Shown here: positions 19,481-28,836 of the stretch, one piece after another
How positions within the stretch are numbered: the stretch's first letter is position 1
Layout of the letters: every line of letters begins with the position of its first letter
Virus record (IMG/VR): IMGVR_UViG_3300009095_000015
Location: 1 to 64,000 of that record
Direction: 5' to 3' (one strand)
Source of the DNA: a virus
Lineage: Duplodnaviria > Caudoviricetes
Length of the DNA stretch: 64,000 nucleotides
Made by a program: the position numbers and the translations under genes
The notes under the pieces: generated by a model
Seen by the model: only the letters and a program-made list of their open reading frames with translations
Databases searched by the model: none
What the model was told of the DNA's origin: nothing

Positions 19481-19990
19481 TTAGAAAACACGCTCAACGT
19501 AGCCGTAGGAGAACTGCGCGGCGTTTTGGATTGCCTGATTGCCAGCGCCTTCGAAGCTGTATTCGGGCAGTTCGGTCGGGAACACACGATGCAGCTTGAA
19601 TTGAGCAGCCGGTGCACCAGTCTGGTCGTAAACAGTCAGAGTGGCAGACACAGCATAATCAGACGAGAAGTTACCAGTCTGAGTATCCTTGGCACGGATA
19701 GCACGCAGCCAGTTTTCCAGCGATGCGCGAACGCGAGCATCGTAGGTCTCATTCAGAGTAACGTTGATGGTGTGGCTGAAGGTCTTGCGGGCACCGTAAA
19801 TAATCTTGTGACCGAAGAGTTCGATTTCAACCGTGCTGATGGTTGCGCCCGGCAGCGCAGTGCTCAGACATTGGATGCGTAGCAGGCGAGAATCGCCGCC
19901 GTTGGGGATGTTGGTGAAAACAATGTCAAAGTTATCACTCAACATCGGATCGGGAATGTCGTAGACTTCTTCCAGCGTAGGCTTCGGCAT
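19481..19990 (-). CDS. Tail tube protein (T4 gp19-like)
   Basis: LPG.TI..V.I..G..., L..V.PTEL..Y pattern; directly downstream of the sheath. Confidence 0.85.
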   Translation of the reverse strand: MPKPTLEEVYDIPDPMLSDNFDIVFTNIPNGGDSRLLRIQCLSTALPGATISTVEIELFGHKIIYGARKTFSHTINVTLNETYDARVRASLENWLRAIRAKDTQTGNFSSDYAVSATLTVYDQTGAPAAQFKLHRVFPTELPEYSFEGAGNQAIQNAAQFSYGYVERVF

Positions 19991-20003
19991 ATTTCAAATC
20001 CTC

Positions 20004-21599
20004 TTAGGACGTAGCTTCAATGAAGCTAACTGCGGTAGACAATTGGCCGGTAGCAGCCAAACTGGTAGTGAAAAGGATGCGCTTCGCGTAACGAGTAGGC
20101 TGGATGATGTAAACCAGAATAACGTCACCGCTCGCGATAGTGTCCGGGGTATTAATCTCGGCATCGCACTTCACGCTGTAATCGTACAGGCCACGCTTGT
20201 TTTTCACGGGGCGCAGAATACGATCAACAATGTCGTAAAGTTGTTGCCACAGGATTTCGTCGTTCGGCTCATAAACGCCGATCAGTGCGGATTCCTTGGC
20301 AGTGCGCTCCACTCGGTTGATCAGGCGTCGCACCGGAACATCTTGCAACGCAGACTTTGCAGACTGCAAAGTAGAAGCGCCCCAAACGCAATAACCGTAA
20401 CCAGAAACTTTGTGAATAAAGTTGCATTGGTTTTGGTCGAGCATATTGCGCTCGCCTTGGTCGTACTTATAACGCGTGCCCTCGATTTCATCGATAACAC
20501 CACGCTGCACACCGGCAGGCGCAAACCACTCATCTGCCATGGCGTCACTTTGTGCGTAAACAGCTGCCACGGCGCCGGAGCACGGAACGTAAATCTTCTG
20601 ACCCTCGTCCGTAACTTCGAGAATATCAGGCCCGTAAAGAGTGCCGAACGATGTGTTGGCATTCAGCAGGTTGCGGCGATATTCCACAAACTTCGCTGCG
20701 GTCTGATACTCCACAGGAACGTCAAGGATCGGGATGCAGTCGCGACGGTCTTCGCACAGTTGGATCATACGCTGTTGGACAGAAATATCCGTGTAACCAG
20801 CGTTGATCAAAATGCGAATATCGTACTCATCGGGGTCGTCGAAAATATCCCAGCCGTTCAGGATATCGTAAGTTTCAACCTCACGCCCGTTGTCACCGAA
20901 AAGTAGATCGCCAGAAACCACAGCGTTAATGGTCCGGGTGGCACCCTTGGAACTAATCCAAAGCGGATGCTGTTCGTTCACACGAACGCGAACGCGAGAT
21001 TCCGCCACTTCGAGTTGGTATGCAATATTGATTTGCTTACCGTTTTCGTTCTTGTCGCGCAGAGTTCCGCGATAGGTTTCTACAGGTACACTGTAGCTGC
21101 CCTCATAAACCTCAAGGATAAACTTTTCGTTATCCATGTCGTTTACGTCGGGGTACAGCACCACACGAACATCATTGTTCCAAGTGCCGGGGTCTGCGGC
21201 GTAAATGAACATGATTTCATCGGGGTGCGAATTGTGCTCGGTTTCAGGCTCAAGATAGCCGCGCGTGGCTTTCTTGAAAGTGGCATACCCGTCTACAGTG
21301 CGGATAGAACCGGAACCATAATTGGCTTCCGTATCGACGCGCAGAAACCACAGTTTGCTCGACTTTTTCAGGAAACGTTCGGCACAAAAGTGCGCGAAAG
21401 TAAAGCTAGCATCGCGGCGTCCGAATTTACGACGAAATTCAGTTACGCTCGTTACCGGCACAGGAACACCAACCTTGCCGCGTTTCGAAGGTGCAACGAT
21501 TGCACCAATACTCGGGTACGTGATAGTAGGGCTAAAAGAATTGTCTTCCTCGCCCCCATACACACCCGCAGCGGTTTGATCACCGTTGTAGAGTGGCAT
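20004..21599 (-). CDS. Contractile tail sheath protein
   Basis: WFAPAG..RG, LDQNQCN.I, G...WGA.TL, VRRL sheath C-terminal motifs. Confidence 0.92.
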   Translation of the reverse strand: MPLYNGDQTAAGVYGGEEDNSFSPTITYPSIGAIVAPSKRGKVGVPVPVTSVTEFRRKFGRRDASFTFAHFCAERFLKKSSKLWFLRVDTEANYGSGSIRTVDGYATFKKATRGYLEPETEHNSHPDEIMFIYAADPGTWNNDVRVVLYPDVNDMDNEKFILEVYEGSYSVPVETYRGTLRDKNENGKQINIAYQLEVAESRVRVRVNEQHPLWISSKGATRTINAVVSGDLLFGDNGREVETYDILNGWDIFDDPDEYDIRILINAGYTDISVQQRMIQLCEDRRDCIPILDVPVEYQTAAKFVEYRRNLLNANTSFGTLYGPDILEVTDEGQKIYVPCSGAVAAVYAQSDAMADEWFAPAGVQRGVIDEIEGTRYKYDQGERNMLDQNQCNFIHKVSGYGYCVWGASTLQSAKSALQDVPVRRLINRVERTAKESALIGVYEPNDEILWQQLYDIVDRILRPVKNKRGLYDYSVKCDAEINTPDTIASGDVILVYIIQPTRYAKRILFTTSLAATGQLSTAVSFIEATS

Positions 21600-21630
21600 T
21601 ATTCTCTCCTTTCTCCCGGAATTGGGATTA

Positions 21631-21643
21631 CTTATAAATTACC
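21631..21643 (-). promoter_or_regulatory. Candidate late-promoter motif GGTAATTTATAAG
   Basis: Intergenic, ~32 nt upstream of the sheath ATG; recurrent motif. Confidence 0.5.
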
Positions 21644-21644
21644 G

Positions 21645-22985
21645 CTAAGACTTCAGAATGTTGCATCGTACAACATTATCAGCACGCATCGTAATTGTCC
21701 CTGCAAACGACCCATTCAAAAAGAACTGACCATTTACCTTCATACGTACAGGCGCCGATACACCGCTGTCTGGCGTGCCTTCCGGTACACTTTCGACAAT
21801 CTTCGGAAGGACAGTTACGTTTTTAACCGTGCCGATAAAATCAAAACTCACCACAGAGCCCGGCAATGTTACATTGGCGTCCACCTTCAGCTTGCCTTTG
21901 TAGGTTTTGGAACCTACGAAAGTCGGAGTGCATGCGACGATGTGCCGGCGAGTCGGATTGTACGAAGTTACTTCGATCTCAATCACGGTGGCCTGTGAGA
22001 AAGTTTCGAAACTGACTTCAATTTCCTGCCCAAATTCTACAGTCGCCGGAAGGAACACCTCTGCAATAGAGTCATCGGTTGCAACGCGAACGAAGTCAAC
22101 CTTCACGTTAATATTCCCATCAGCATCTGCGGCATCGTAATTGATGGAAATAACGTCGTTGTCCGTCGCACTCAAAGCCAGCGGTCCGTCTTCGTATGTG
22201 AGCTGCACAGGGTTAAACTGATTGATTGGCTGTGTGACCGACTTTCCTGTGCGCTCGTTCGTCAACGTTACAAGCCCGCCGACGTGGTTTATTGCGTTGA
22301 AATTCACTACGCCACCGAACGGAACAAGCGGGGCAAATTCCAGACGGGTTTCCTTGCTGCTCTGCTCTGCAATAACAGCACAGAAAACAACGTTATTAGA
22401 TAAACCGTCAGAGCTGTAAGGCTCTTCGTAAGTGATTTCAATGCGATCATTGCCGATGACGTGCATCGTGTTGTCAAAGTCTGCGCCGGATTCTTCGGCG
22501 TAGCGTGTAACCATATAGCCACGATACTGCCCGCGCCCAACGCTAGCGAGCGTAACCCTTTCGGTCTCACCGGTTCGCAAGTTTAGGGCTGTTACAGAAA
22601 TGAGTTTTGCGTGCATATCCTCATCATTAACATGAATGTAGAGGAACTGGCCCGGCTCGCAAACGTCGGTGCTGATAGAAGCGTCTTGGAACTTGGCTTC
22701 CGTACGAATTTCAGGTTCCGGGATTTCACCGAATTCAAGAAATTCCAATTCGATCTCTTCGGGGCAGTTGATCGACAGCAAATGATGTACGTCTTTCAGA
22801 ACGTACGGTTTATCCGGGCCAATCGTCACGTCATGCTGAGCTGCCGTAGCTTCACCTGTTCGCGCTGAAACGGTCTGGCGTCCCGCACTAACACGGCGCA
22901 CGCTATCTACGATGAAATGGCTGATCTGCGTGACAATGGTTTTGTTAGTTTGTTTGTACTTGTCTTTGCTGCGCGTTGTGAACAT
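21645..22985 (-). CDS. Virion protein with Ig-like beta-sandwich repeats (tentative)
   Basis: Repeated beta-rich modules (V.D.D...V...GE.E.V.L....G.Y.G); located between neck/terminator and sheath. Confidence 0.45.
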   Translation of the reverse strand: MFTTRSKDKYKQTNKTIVTQISHFIVDSVRRVSAGRQTVSARTGEATAAQHDVTIGPDKPYVLKDVHHLLSINCPEEIELEFLEFGEIPEPEIRTEAKFQDASISTDVCEPGQFLYIHVNDEDMHAKLISVTALNLRTGETERVTLASVGRGQYRGYMVTRYAEESGADFDNTMHVIGNDRIEITYEEPYSSDGLSNNVVFCAVIAEQSSKETRLEFAPLVPFGGVVNFNAINHVGGLVTLTNERTGKSVTQPINQFNPVQLTYEDGPLALSATDNDVISINYDAADADGNINVKVDFVRVATDDSIAEVFLPATVEFGQEIEVSFETFSQATVIEIEVTSYNPTRRHIVACTPTFVGSKTYKGKLKVDANVTLPGSVVSFDFIGTVKNVTVLPKIVESVPEGTPDSGVSAPVRMKVNGQFFLNGSFAGTITMRADNVVRCNILKS

Positions 22986-23663
22986 TTAGTCGTCTCCGTC
23001 ATCATCAGCAACGTCACCTTCGGGGCCGACCGCAAAATCAAACTGAACCTTACCGAAGTTGTTGATCTTAGCGGTTTCCCGGACCACACCCGTGTAGGAT
23101 TCGACGGTCAAATTTAAAACGATATCGTAACCGCTCGGATCGACTTCGTTTTCTCTATCGGCACGGGGGAACTGAATATCACCCTCGGACGTAACACGTA
23201 CTTTCCAGTAAAGAGTGTCACTACCGGTTCGAATTTTGAAGTTTAAAGCTTCAGAGGCAAGCAGAGTCATTGACCGCAGGATGAAATTTGCGGATGTTCT
23301 AAAGTTATCCCCTACGTAGTGAAGTTCCATCCCAAACTTAATAGGGAAAAAGTAATACTTATCGACAGTAGAATTCGTACCGTTGATGTTGTAGGCAAGG
23401 CCGTGTCGACGAATCGTCTTCGGGTTTTGCGCGTCTTCCTTGAGACCTATGTTGTTGAAGGTCAGATAACAAAACGGGTACGCCGCAGTGTCGAACTTGT
23501 TACGCAGGGCCAGCTTAACGTCGTTATCCGTGACGATTGGTAATTCCGCAACGCCGAAAAACCGCTTCAATCCAGCACGAACGCCGGCCAGTGTCGCTAG
23601 AAAGGGTTCGCTACGGTCGTAAGTGGTTCCAATAAAATCGGACTTCACTAGAGGGTTTTGCAT
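22986..23663 (-). CDS. Tail completion/terminator or neck protein (gp15-like, tentative)
   Basis: Position between head and sheath genes; YP...L pattern. Confidence 0.45.
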   Translation of the reverse strand: MQNPLVKSDFIGTTYDRSEPFLATLAGVRAGLKRFFGVAELPIVTDNDVKLALRNKFDTAAYPFCYLTFNNIGLKEDAQNPKTIRRHGLAYNINGTNSTVDKYYFFPIKFGMELHYVGDNFRTSANFILRSMTLLASEALNFKIRTGSDTLYWKVRVTSEGDIQFPRADRENEVDPSGYDIVLNLTVESYTGVVRETAKINNFGKVQFDFAVGPEGDVADDDGDD

Positions 23664-23683
23664 GATTTTCCTCGTGGAAAAAC

Positions 23684-23719
23684 AAAAAAGGCCGTTTGCT
23701 TTTACACAGACGGCCTTTT
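23684..23719 (-). terminator. Rho-independent terminator ending the head operon
   Basis: AGGCCGT/ACGGCCT stem plus T6. Confidence 0.8.
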
Positions 23720-23721
23720 CA

Positions 23722-24222
23722 TTACAGCTGGATGCGTATGCGGCCCGGCTTTACTTGCGAACTCGCCACGGCAACTAATTCGTTGTCGTCAAGATCATCG
23801 TAAACATCCGCAGCAACGGCTTCGATGTGCGGGTCGAGAATAATCTCGTCACCTTCGGTAAGGTAAGTGCGTTGCTGAGAAACAGCACTCGCAACAGCAA
23901 CAACTTTCGCAAACGCTACTTGGTCGTTGCCGTGAAGCGACGGCGCAATGGTGTTTTCCGACGCAGGCACGCCCACGTGAGAATTAAGGCCCGGAGTAGA
24001 AATCGGGTGCTTATCCGTAACGTACGAATTAAACCCGTCAATTCCCATTCCGTCACAGCCTACGCTGGCAACTTCGCCGGAGCTACGTTGCGGCAGCATA
24101 CCGTAAACGCAATCTTCAAAGTCTTGGCACTTTCGCGCACTGCGCAAAATTTCAAGCGCGAGTTCATCGCGATTTTCCTTAATTGCAAGTGCAGCGCATG
24201 CCAGCAAAGTTTTTACGTCCAT
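23722..24222 (-). CDS. Head-associated hypothetical protein with AVAS motifs
   Basis: Follows the major capsid gene; contains VVAVASA and LVAVASS. Confidence 0.6.
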   Translation of the reverse strand: MDVKTLLACAALAIKENRDELALEILRSARKCQDFEDCVYGMLPQRSSGEVASVGCDGMGIDGFNSYVTDKHPISTPGLNSHVGVPASENTIAPSLHGNDQVAFAKVVAVASAVSQQRTYLTEGDEIILDPHIEAVAADVYDDLDDNELVAVASSQVKPGRIRIQL

Positions 24223-24285
24223 AACAACTCCTAGTTTTCCGAACGGTAACAGGGGCGCTCCTATTACCGTTGTTTTTCGGAGTTA

Positions 24286-25374
24286 TTAGGCGAGACGCAC
24301 GCCCTTGGCGACCGAACGGCTGTTGGCCAGAACGAACGAGAAAGGTTCGCTCAGCAGCCAACCCTTGCTGGTGCTGCCTTCGTGGTTGGCGTTAGTCGGC
24401 TCGGAACGGATACCGCCACGGGTCGAGTAAGCAGCATGGTTTTGCGGATCGGCAACCACGTAAATTTCGCCCGGATTCAGAACCTTCTGGTTCGGCTGAC
24501 GGAAAGCATCAGTCAGCAGAGTCATACCGACCAGAGTACCGAGTTGGCCATTCAGGGCCAGATCGTACTTAGTGATCGGATCGAGGAAGGTTGCAAAATC
24601 GTTGGAACCGATAATGTCGGCCCAATAATCGTTGGAAATCAGGCAAGTGGTAGCCGGCAGGTTCCAGCCAGCAACAGCTTGACGCAGACGGCCGAGGTTT
24701 TTGGTGGTCAGTTCGCCGGCGATATATTCCAGCTTGTTGGTAACACCAACAGTCATATCGGCGGACTTTTTCCACAGGCGGTCTTCAGCAACCATGATTG
24801 CATTCAGGCCGTCGTTGTAAGCGTGTTCCAGCAGGTCGCCGTTGACTTGTTCCAGATCGAGAGTCGAAACGCGCACGTTGGCGATAATTTCGAATTCTTC
24901 CGGGTGGAAAACGCGCTGGCGAATTTGCTGATAACCGACACCGGTAGCGCTGGTGGCAATTACGGCCATGGCGTCGTGAGACGGCATCGGAACGCGTTGC
25001 ACTTCACCTTGACGCAGAGTGTTACCAACAGCGATCTTACGCAGGAAACCATCACGGTCGGCCTGATCGTAAATTTGCTGGGCAATGTTTGCACCCAGCG
25101 CAGTCCACTTGGACGGGTCTTGCAGGGCTTCGGCCAGCAGTTCACGACGGTCAGAAGCAGTGGCAACCATCTTTTGCGGCTGTTGCACGACTTGGCCGGA
25201 AGCAACGGCGGTCATCAGGTTTGCAATCTGTCTTACCAGATCGTTTTTGTCGTAGGCGTTGAATTCGCCAGTAGCGGACGACAGGGCCAGTTCGCGGCTT
25301 TTGCCGAAACGCAGGTCTTCGAGCGGTGCGCCATTGCTCAGCATCATACGGGCGCCCTTGACTTGATTGTGCAT
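24286..25374 (-). CDS. Major capsid protein (HK97 fold) with short propeptide
   Basis: Size, biased highly-expressed codon usage, position after scaffold and decoration genes, EFEI.A...I pattern; putative propeptide ending ELALS. Confidence 0.85.
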   Translation of the reverse strand: MHNQVKGARMMLSNGAPLEDLRFGKSRELALSSATGEFNAYDKNDLVRQIANLMTAVASGQVVQQPQKMVATASDRRELLAEALQDPSKWTALGANIAQQIYDQADRDGFLRKIAVGNTLRQGEVQRVPMPSHDAMAVIATSATGVGYQQIRQRVFHPEEFEIIANVRVSTLDLEQVNGDLLEHAYNDGLNAIMVAEDRLWKKSADMTVGVTNKLEYIAGELTTKNLGRLRQAVAGWNLPATTCLISNDYWADIIGSNDFATFLDPITKYDLALNGQLGTLVGMTLLTDAFRQPNQKVLNPGEIYVVADPQNHAAYSTRGGIRSEPTNANHEGSTSKGWLLSEPFSFVLANSRSVAKGVRLA

Positions 25375-25446
25375 TGTTTAATCTCCAAATCTTTCAGAAA
25401 GCGACGTGCGCTTTAAACTAACACGCCGCTATTTTCGTGTGGGTTG

Positions 25447-26184
25447 TTAGGCGTTGTTGATCTTGATCGGCAGGGCGCCGTAAGCACCGGAGTCAGCCAT
25501 CGGAACGCCGGTAACAATGATGTTCTTCAGCAGCGGACCAGTGCCGCCAACAGTCAGACGACCATCAACGCCGAGGTTCGGGTGAATAACGTTAGACCAA
25601 TCAACAGAGGCGTCGTAATAAGTGGTAGCCAGTTCACCACGAATTACACAACCGATAATTTCTTGCACGCTGGACGGCAGGCCACCAATCGGAGTATCAC
25701 CGATAATGGTACGTGCTTCGCTCAGGGTGGGTTCGTAAATGGCCTGTACGTAAACTTCCGCACCTTGGTCGCCCGGAACAGCAGGCAGTTCGCCAGCGGC
25801 CGGAGTGCCGGTGAAGAAGAACAGCTTGCTGCCAACGAGTTGAACTTCGCCATTTGCTTCAGGAACGTCGGCGACGACAGTAGCAGCTTCACCGTTCAGG
25901 CGAACCAAAATTTGACCGGCAACCGGGATGCGACCGAGGTCAATAACACCGGATTGCGGAACAGTGCGATCCGCAATAACCAGCGGCAGGAATTGCGGCG
26001 GTGCGTTGCGAGTCATGGAGAAGCCGGCGAAAACTTCGTCAGCGGCACCGGTAGACGGGCGGACGTAAGCAACACCATTAATCTTCTTGTAAACCAGAGC
26101 AACACCTTCCTCTTGGATGATGACGCCCGGTTCTACTTGGCGGTGATCGGTTTCAAACAGACGAGTGAACTTATGCGAAAGCAT
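25447..26184 (-). CDS. Capsid decoration/cement protein
   Basis: Directly upstream of the capsid gene; beta-rich, biased codons. Confidence 0.6.
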   Translation of the reverse strand: MLSHKFTRLFETDHRQVEPGVIIQEEGVALVYKKINGVAYVRPSTGAADEVFAGFSMTRNAPPQFLPLVIADRTVPQSGVIDLGRIPVAGQILVRLNGEAATVVADVPEANGEVQLVGSKLFFFTGTPAAGELPAVPGDQGAEVYVQAIYEPTLSEARTIIGDTPIGGLPSSVQEIIGCVIRGELATTYYDASVDWSNVIHPNLGVDGRLTVGGTGPLLKNIIVTGVPMADSGAYGALPIKINNA

Positions 26185-26197
26185 TGTGTATTTCTCC

Positions 26198-27931
26198 TTA
26201 GCGGCGCTGGCCGAAAGTCAGCGATTGCAGGCGGGACATGAAATCGCCGCCACTTTGATTATTGGACGCGGTTGCGACGGTTTTCTGCGAAGGCTGCTCG
26301 TCAATTTTTGCCGGGCGGCCCACAACAACAGCGGAAGCGGTTGCAACGTGAGAAGTTTGCGTAATCGCTTGCGCCAGCTGGTTTTGGACTTCAAGTTCAT
26401 AACCAGTAATGTCAGTTGCTTTTGCAATCAGCATCTTGTTGTAAGCGTCGCCATGTTCGGCGAAAGCATTTGCAACGATTTGCTCTGCGCCACGCAGACC
26501 GACAGCTTCCAGAGAGGAAGCCAGAGCGGCAATAATCGGGTTTTGCAGCGCGGGGAAGAAACCACGATTAATGCCCTGTGCAGCAGAAGCCAGAGCGGCT
26601 TCGTAGCGGCTACTGAGTTCGTTAGTGTCGCGCTCGGCTTCTTCACGAATTTCAGAAGCTTTCGCTTCGACTGCGCTCTGAATTTCAGCTTGCACATAAT
26701 CAGCAACCTGCACGGTGGGCTTGATTTCCTCAAAACCCATCTCTTCCAGAGCAGTAGCAACGCCGTGTTCGGAGGCCAGTGCTTTGAAAGCGCGTGCGAA
26801 AGTGCTATCGCTGAAAATGTCTTTCTTTTTGGTAGAGGACGCGGTTGCCTTAGCAAACGGCAGACCGTCATAGAAAGCCAGCCAAGTTTGATCGCCCTTG
26901 ATGCTACCGGCGAAGGCAAGTTCTACGTTTTCAGGGGACATTTTGTCACCGGCGATGGCGACAAAAGAAGCAGCCACAGAAACCATTTTCTTTTCCTTGC
27001 GGAAAACACCACCGCGCTTGTTTTCGACGCCGCTAGACGCAAGGCTCAGCGACAGTTCGTCGTCTTCATCTTCGTCGTCTTCATCAGACTCTTCGTCGGA
27101 ATCATCTTCCTCGGATTCATCTTCGTCATCGTCTTCGAAATCTTCATCTTCATCGTCTTCGTCGGACTCGTCGTCATCGGAAGCAGCGGCAAAGTTGGAA
27201 GGTTCGATCAGGCCCATGGAAGTTTCCGGGCAGAACAGCGGAGAGTCGTCGCTGCAAAGAACGTGCATTACGTCACCCGCTTCAGACGCGGTAGTAAAGT
27301 AATGTGCGTCAACGGTGCCGCCGTCTTGGGCGGAAGCCAGAGCAGTTACAGCCTGCGACTCGTAGTCTTCTTCAGATTGCGCAGCAGCAACACCACGATA
27401 AACGTCGTATTGCAGAGGCTTGTTGGAAACAACCATTACGCCGTCGCATTCAGTGGCGAACGTCTTGACGCTGCCATTCAGAATGCCACGATAAGCGTCG
27501 GTCACGCCTTCCTGAGAAGAGGCGAATGCGAGGATTACCTCTTGTTTTTTGGTCTTCAAGTCAGTGTCTTCCAATTGTTGTAGATCGGAAGCGCATGCGG
27601 GGCATTTTGCCAACATTTGCTCATCATCGACCAGCAAATGCGAGCCGCAGCCCGAAGAACAAATCGCATAAAACACGTCAGCTTCGTCGCCGGGTTTGGC
27701 AGAAGCAACAGCAGTATGCTTGAATTCCTCGGGCGCAGTTACCATTTCTTCGCCGTCTACAGGATTCATCAGTTGCTGACCTTCCACTTGAGCAGTGGAA
27801 ACAACAAACGAACCATCTTGACTTCGAAGAGCGTAACCTTCACCGGAAGCAACAGCGCGGTAACGCTCTTGGGCTTCTTCCAGAGAATTAGCGGCAACGA
27901 CAATCCCACGGTAGCGCGAGTTTCGTTTCAT
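26198..27931 (-). CDS. Prohead core/scaffold protein with Zn-ribbon, acidic tract and coiled coil
   Basis: CSSGC...CPAC, ~40 aa D/E run, C-terminal coiled coil; start moved to ATG 27931 (GGAG RBS). Confidence 0.65.
   Translation of the reverse strand: MKRNSRYRGIVVAANSLEEAQERYRAVASGEGYALRSQDGSFVVSTAQVEGQQLMNPVDGEEMVTAPEEFKHTAVASAKPGDEADVFYAICSSGCGSHLLVDDEQMLAKCPACASDLQQLEDTDLKTKKQEVILAFASSQEGVTDAYRGILNGSVKTFATECDGVMVVSNKPLQYDVYRGVAAAQSEEDYESQAVTALASAQDGGTVDAHYFTTASEAGDVMHVLCSDDSPLFCPETSMGLIEPSNFAAASDDDESDEDDEDEDFEDDDEDESEEDDSDEESDEDDEDEDDELSLSLASSGVENKRGGVFRKEKKMVSVAASFVAIAGDKMSPENVELAFAGSIKGDQTWLAFYDGLPFAKATASSTKKKDIFSDSTFARAFKALASEHGVATALEEMGFEEIKPTVQVADYVQAEIQSAVEAKASEIREEAERDTNELSSRYEAALASAAQGINRGFFPALQNPIIAALASSLEAVGLRGAEQIVANAFAEHGDAYNKMLIAKATDITGYELEVQNQLAQAITQTSHVATASAVVVGRPAKIDEQPSQKTVATASNNQSGGDFMSRLQSLTFGQRR
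27056..27178 (-). repeat. Low-complexity GAY/GAR tract encoding poly-Asp/Glu
   Basis: Direct translation: DDDESDEDDEDEDFEDDDEDESEEDDSDEESDEDDEDEDDE. Confidence 0.9.
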
Positions 27932-27969
27932 AGAAAGCTCCATTTATAGCTGGGGACATTGCCCCACAA

Positions 27970-27981
27970 CTAAAAATTACC
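27970..27981 (-). promoter_or_regulatory. Candidate late-promoter motif GGTAATTTTTAG
   Basis: Intergenic upstream of the scaffold-capsid operon. Confidence 0.45.
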
Positions 27982-27993
27982 CAAAAGCAAAAA

Positions 27994-28359
27994 TCAACGC
28001 AGCTTCATAGCCAACGACCGAATCTTTCGAACAATCGATTGGTCACTATGATGGGCGGTTTCGCCTTTGTAATACAGGGTTTCGTTATTAACTCTCGAAA
28101 ACCCGTTATATTGCCAGTAATCGTATTTGTCCTCTGTGCTGAATTCGATTTCAGCAACACCTGCGTGAGAACTCAACGTCACCTTAATAGCGTGTTTGTC
28201 TTTAGCTCCAGTTTCTTCCTGAACAACCGCCGCCTTGACGAAGCCTTTAGCAATCAAATCAATTGCGTTGATGTGATGGCTAATATGCTTAACATCCGTA
28301 TTAATAGGTTGTCGTGATTCAGGTAAAGGAGCGCCGGCCAATGCAATGTTTACCTTCAT
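27994..28359 (-). CDS. Putative internal head protein (MKVNIALA leader)
   Basis: N-terminus MKVNIALAG. Confidence 0.65.
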   Translation of the reverse strand: MKVNIALAGAPLPESRQPINTDVKHISHHINAIDLIAKGFVKAAVVQEETGAKDKHAIKVTLSSHAGVAEIEFSTEDKYDYWQYNGFSRVNNETLYYKGETAHHSDQSIVRKIRSLAMKLR

Positions 28360-28378
28360 TGATTATCCCCCGTGCTAC

Positions 28379-28390
28379 GTATAAATTGAA
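28379..28390 (-). promoter_or_regulatory. Candidate late-promoter motif TTCAATTTATAC
   Basis: Just downstream of a terminator and upstream of ATG 28359. Confidence 0.35.
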
Positions 28391-28397
28391 CAAAAGC

Positions 28398-28437
28398 AAA
28401 AAAAAAGGCTCAGCATCCGGTTAAGGAAACTGAGCCC
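28398..28437 (-). terminator. Rho-independent terminator
   Basis: GGCTCAG/CTGAGCC stem plus T9. Confidence 0.85.
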
Positions 28438-28531
28438 AAAGTCACCAAACAATACCAACACCAAACACTAGGAGTTAGGTGCCTGCCTAGGGGCAAAAAT
28501 GAACAAAACCCCAACACCTAACACTTTTAAA

Positions 28532-28828
28532 TTAGCGTCGCTTTCCTTTGGGTAAGGTTCTCTCCCGTTCCATACGCCCAAGCCAATTCTTAACGGAAAC
28601 GTGCATTTTCTCCATATAATCAAACGGGTATTTGTGTGCCATATAGTTTTGCACGTTTGTTTGGTTTGCAAGCAGGGATTTAACCTTCGACTTCGGTAGA
28701 TCGACCGCTGGGTAATCGTACCCGACCAAGCGAACACCGTCATGCTTATCTCGGGACGACTTATCTCCGATCTTTTGATTTGCGTTTTTGTTTGCCTTCG
28801 GTTTCAGGCGTAGTTTTATCTTTGCCAT
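28532..28828 (-). CDS. Small basic (Lys/Arg-rich) protein
   Basis: 98 aa, GAGG RBS, basic N- and C-termini. Confidence 0.65.
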   Translation of the reverse strand: MAKIKLRLKPKANKNANQKIGDKSSRDKHDGVRLVGYDYPAVDLPKSKVKSLLANQTNVQNYMAHKYPFDYMEKMHVSVKNWLGRMERERTLPKGKRR

Positions 28829-28836
28829 GTAAACCT

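Noticed and set aside
26165-27583. Long plus-strand ORFs (e.g. 472 aa here; also 668-1699, 24382-25416, 44301-45449, 62323-63228)
   Set aside because: Antisense shadows of codon-biased minus-strand genes; no RBS, no recognisable motifs, composition explained by the reverse complement
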